IMG/VR virus record: IMGVR_UViG_3300010400_000001
Location: 72,227-136,226 of that record
From: a virus
Direction: 5' to 3' (one strand)
Length of the DNA: 64,000 nucleotides
Below the pieces are notes generated by a model. That model saw only the letters and a program-made list of their open reading frames with translations, did not search any database and had not been told where the DNA came from. A program made the translations under genes and the position numbers. This document shows, piece by piece, positions 63,441 to 64,000 of the stretch; the first letter of the stretch is position 1; each line of letters starts with the position of its first letter.

Positions 63441-64000
63441 AAGGGAGTGGACCGATGAAAACCAAGTCAATCTGGTGTCGGGAGTGTGATCACGAGCACG
63501 AATGCGAAGTCGTCTCGGACGAATTCGACGATTGGGTGGACGTCCCGGACGCATGTGAAAACTGCGGCGAAACTCTCGTGGACTCAGTGGGGCCCGACAA
63601 GCGCGAAGATTTTCACTCGGACGGCTGAAAGCCATCGCAACGAAAGGGAAGTGGACAATGGCTGGCGAACGAAGGTTCAAGCCTCTCACGGAGGCAGACG
63701 TCGAGTTTTCCTTCTCGTTAGAAGAGGAAGACGCGGCGATCGAAGGGAACGCGATGGCGTCGGGTGACGACGCGATCGACGAAGAAACGAACGATTGGGT
63801 GCGGCGCGAGCTCGCACGCGGCAACCTGGCCGCATGGTGCTACGTCGTCGTGAAAGTCGAGTGGAACGGATACCGGGCCTTCGACTCTCTCGGGTGCTGC
63901 TCGTACCGCTCTGAAAAGGAGCTATGGGCAGATCTGCGTGACACCATGAAACAAGAGGCCCTAGACCGGCTGAACGAAAGCATCCAGCGGTCGGCCGACA

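Overview
GC-rich, densely packed, virus-like DNA with no host housekeeping genes, rRNA or tRNA that I could recognise. It has three modules. (1) About 1.4-19 kb (+): replication and nucleotide genes, namely an RHH regulator, an initiator-like protein with palindromic iterons, a DnaC/IstB-like ATPase, DnaB, a RuvC-like resolvase, DUF3310, ThyX and a Nudix hydrolase with a parS-like palindrome. (2) About 19-43.8 kb (+): a probable virion module, with a transglutaminase-like Cys protease, about 25 small proteins ending in a TM helix plus basic tail and sharing a G-[LIMV]-G motif, PG-binding proteins, a very Arg-rich core-like protein, three beta-rich capsid candidates and a collagen-like fibre. 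No terminase, portal, HK97 capsid or tail genes were recognised, which suggests a tailless membrane-containing virus (inference). (3) About 43.8-62.7 kb (-): many small early-type genes, ending at a divergent control region near 62.8 kb. The main finding lies in module 3: a TnpB/Cas12-like protein (52978-54786) whose RuvC-I Asp and RuvC-II Glu are substituted. It is followed directly by a candidate anti-repeat/tracr-like region and a 13-unit CRISPR-like array (36-nt repeat, about 37-38-nt spacers), with no cas1/cas2 or TnpA. This looks like a virus-encoded, nuclease-dead, RNA-guided DNA-binding system. All protein calls come from motif recognition by eye; no database searches were run.
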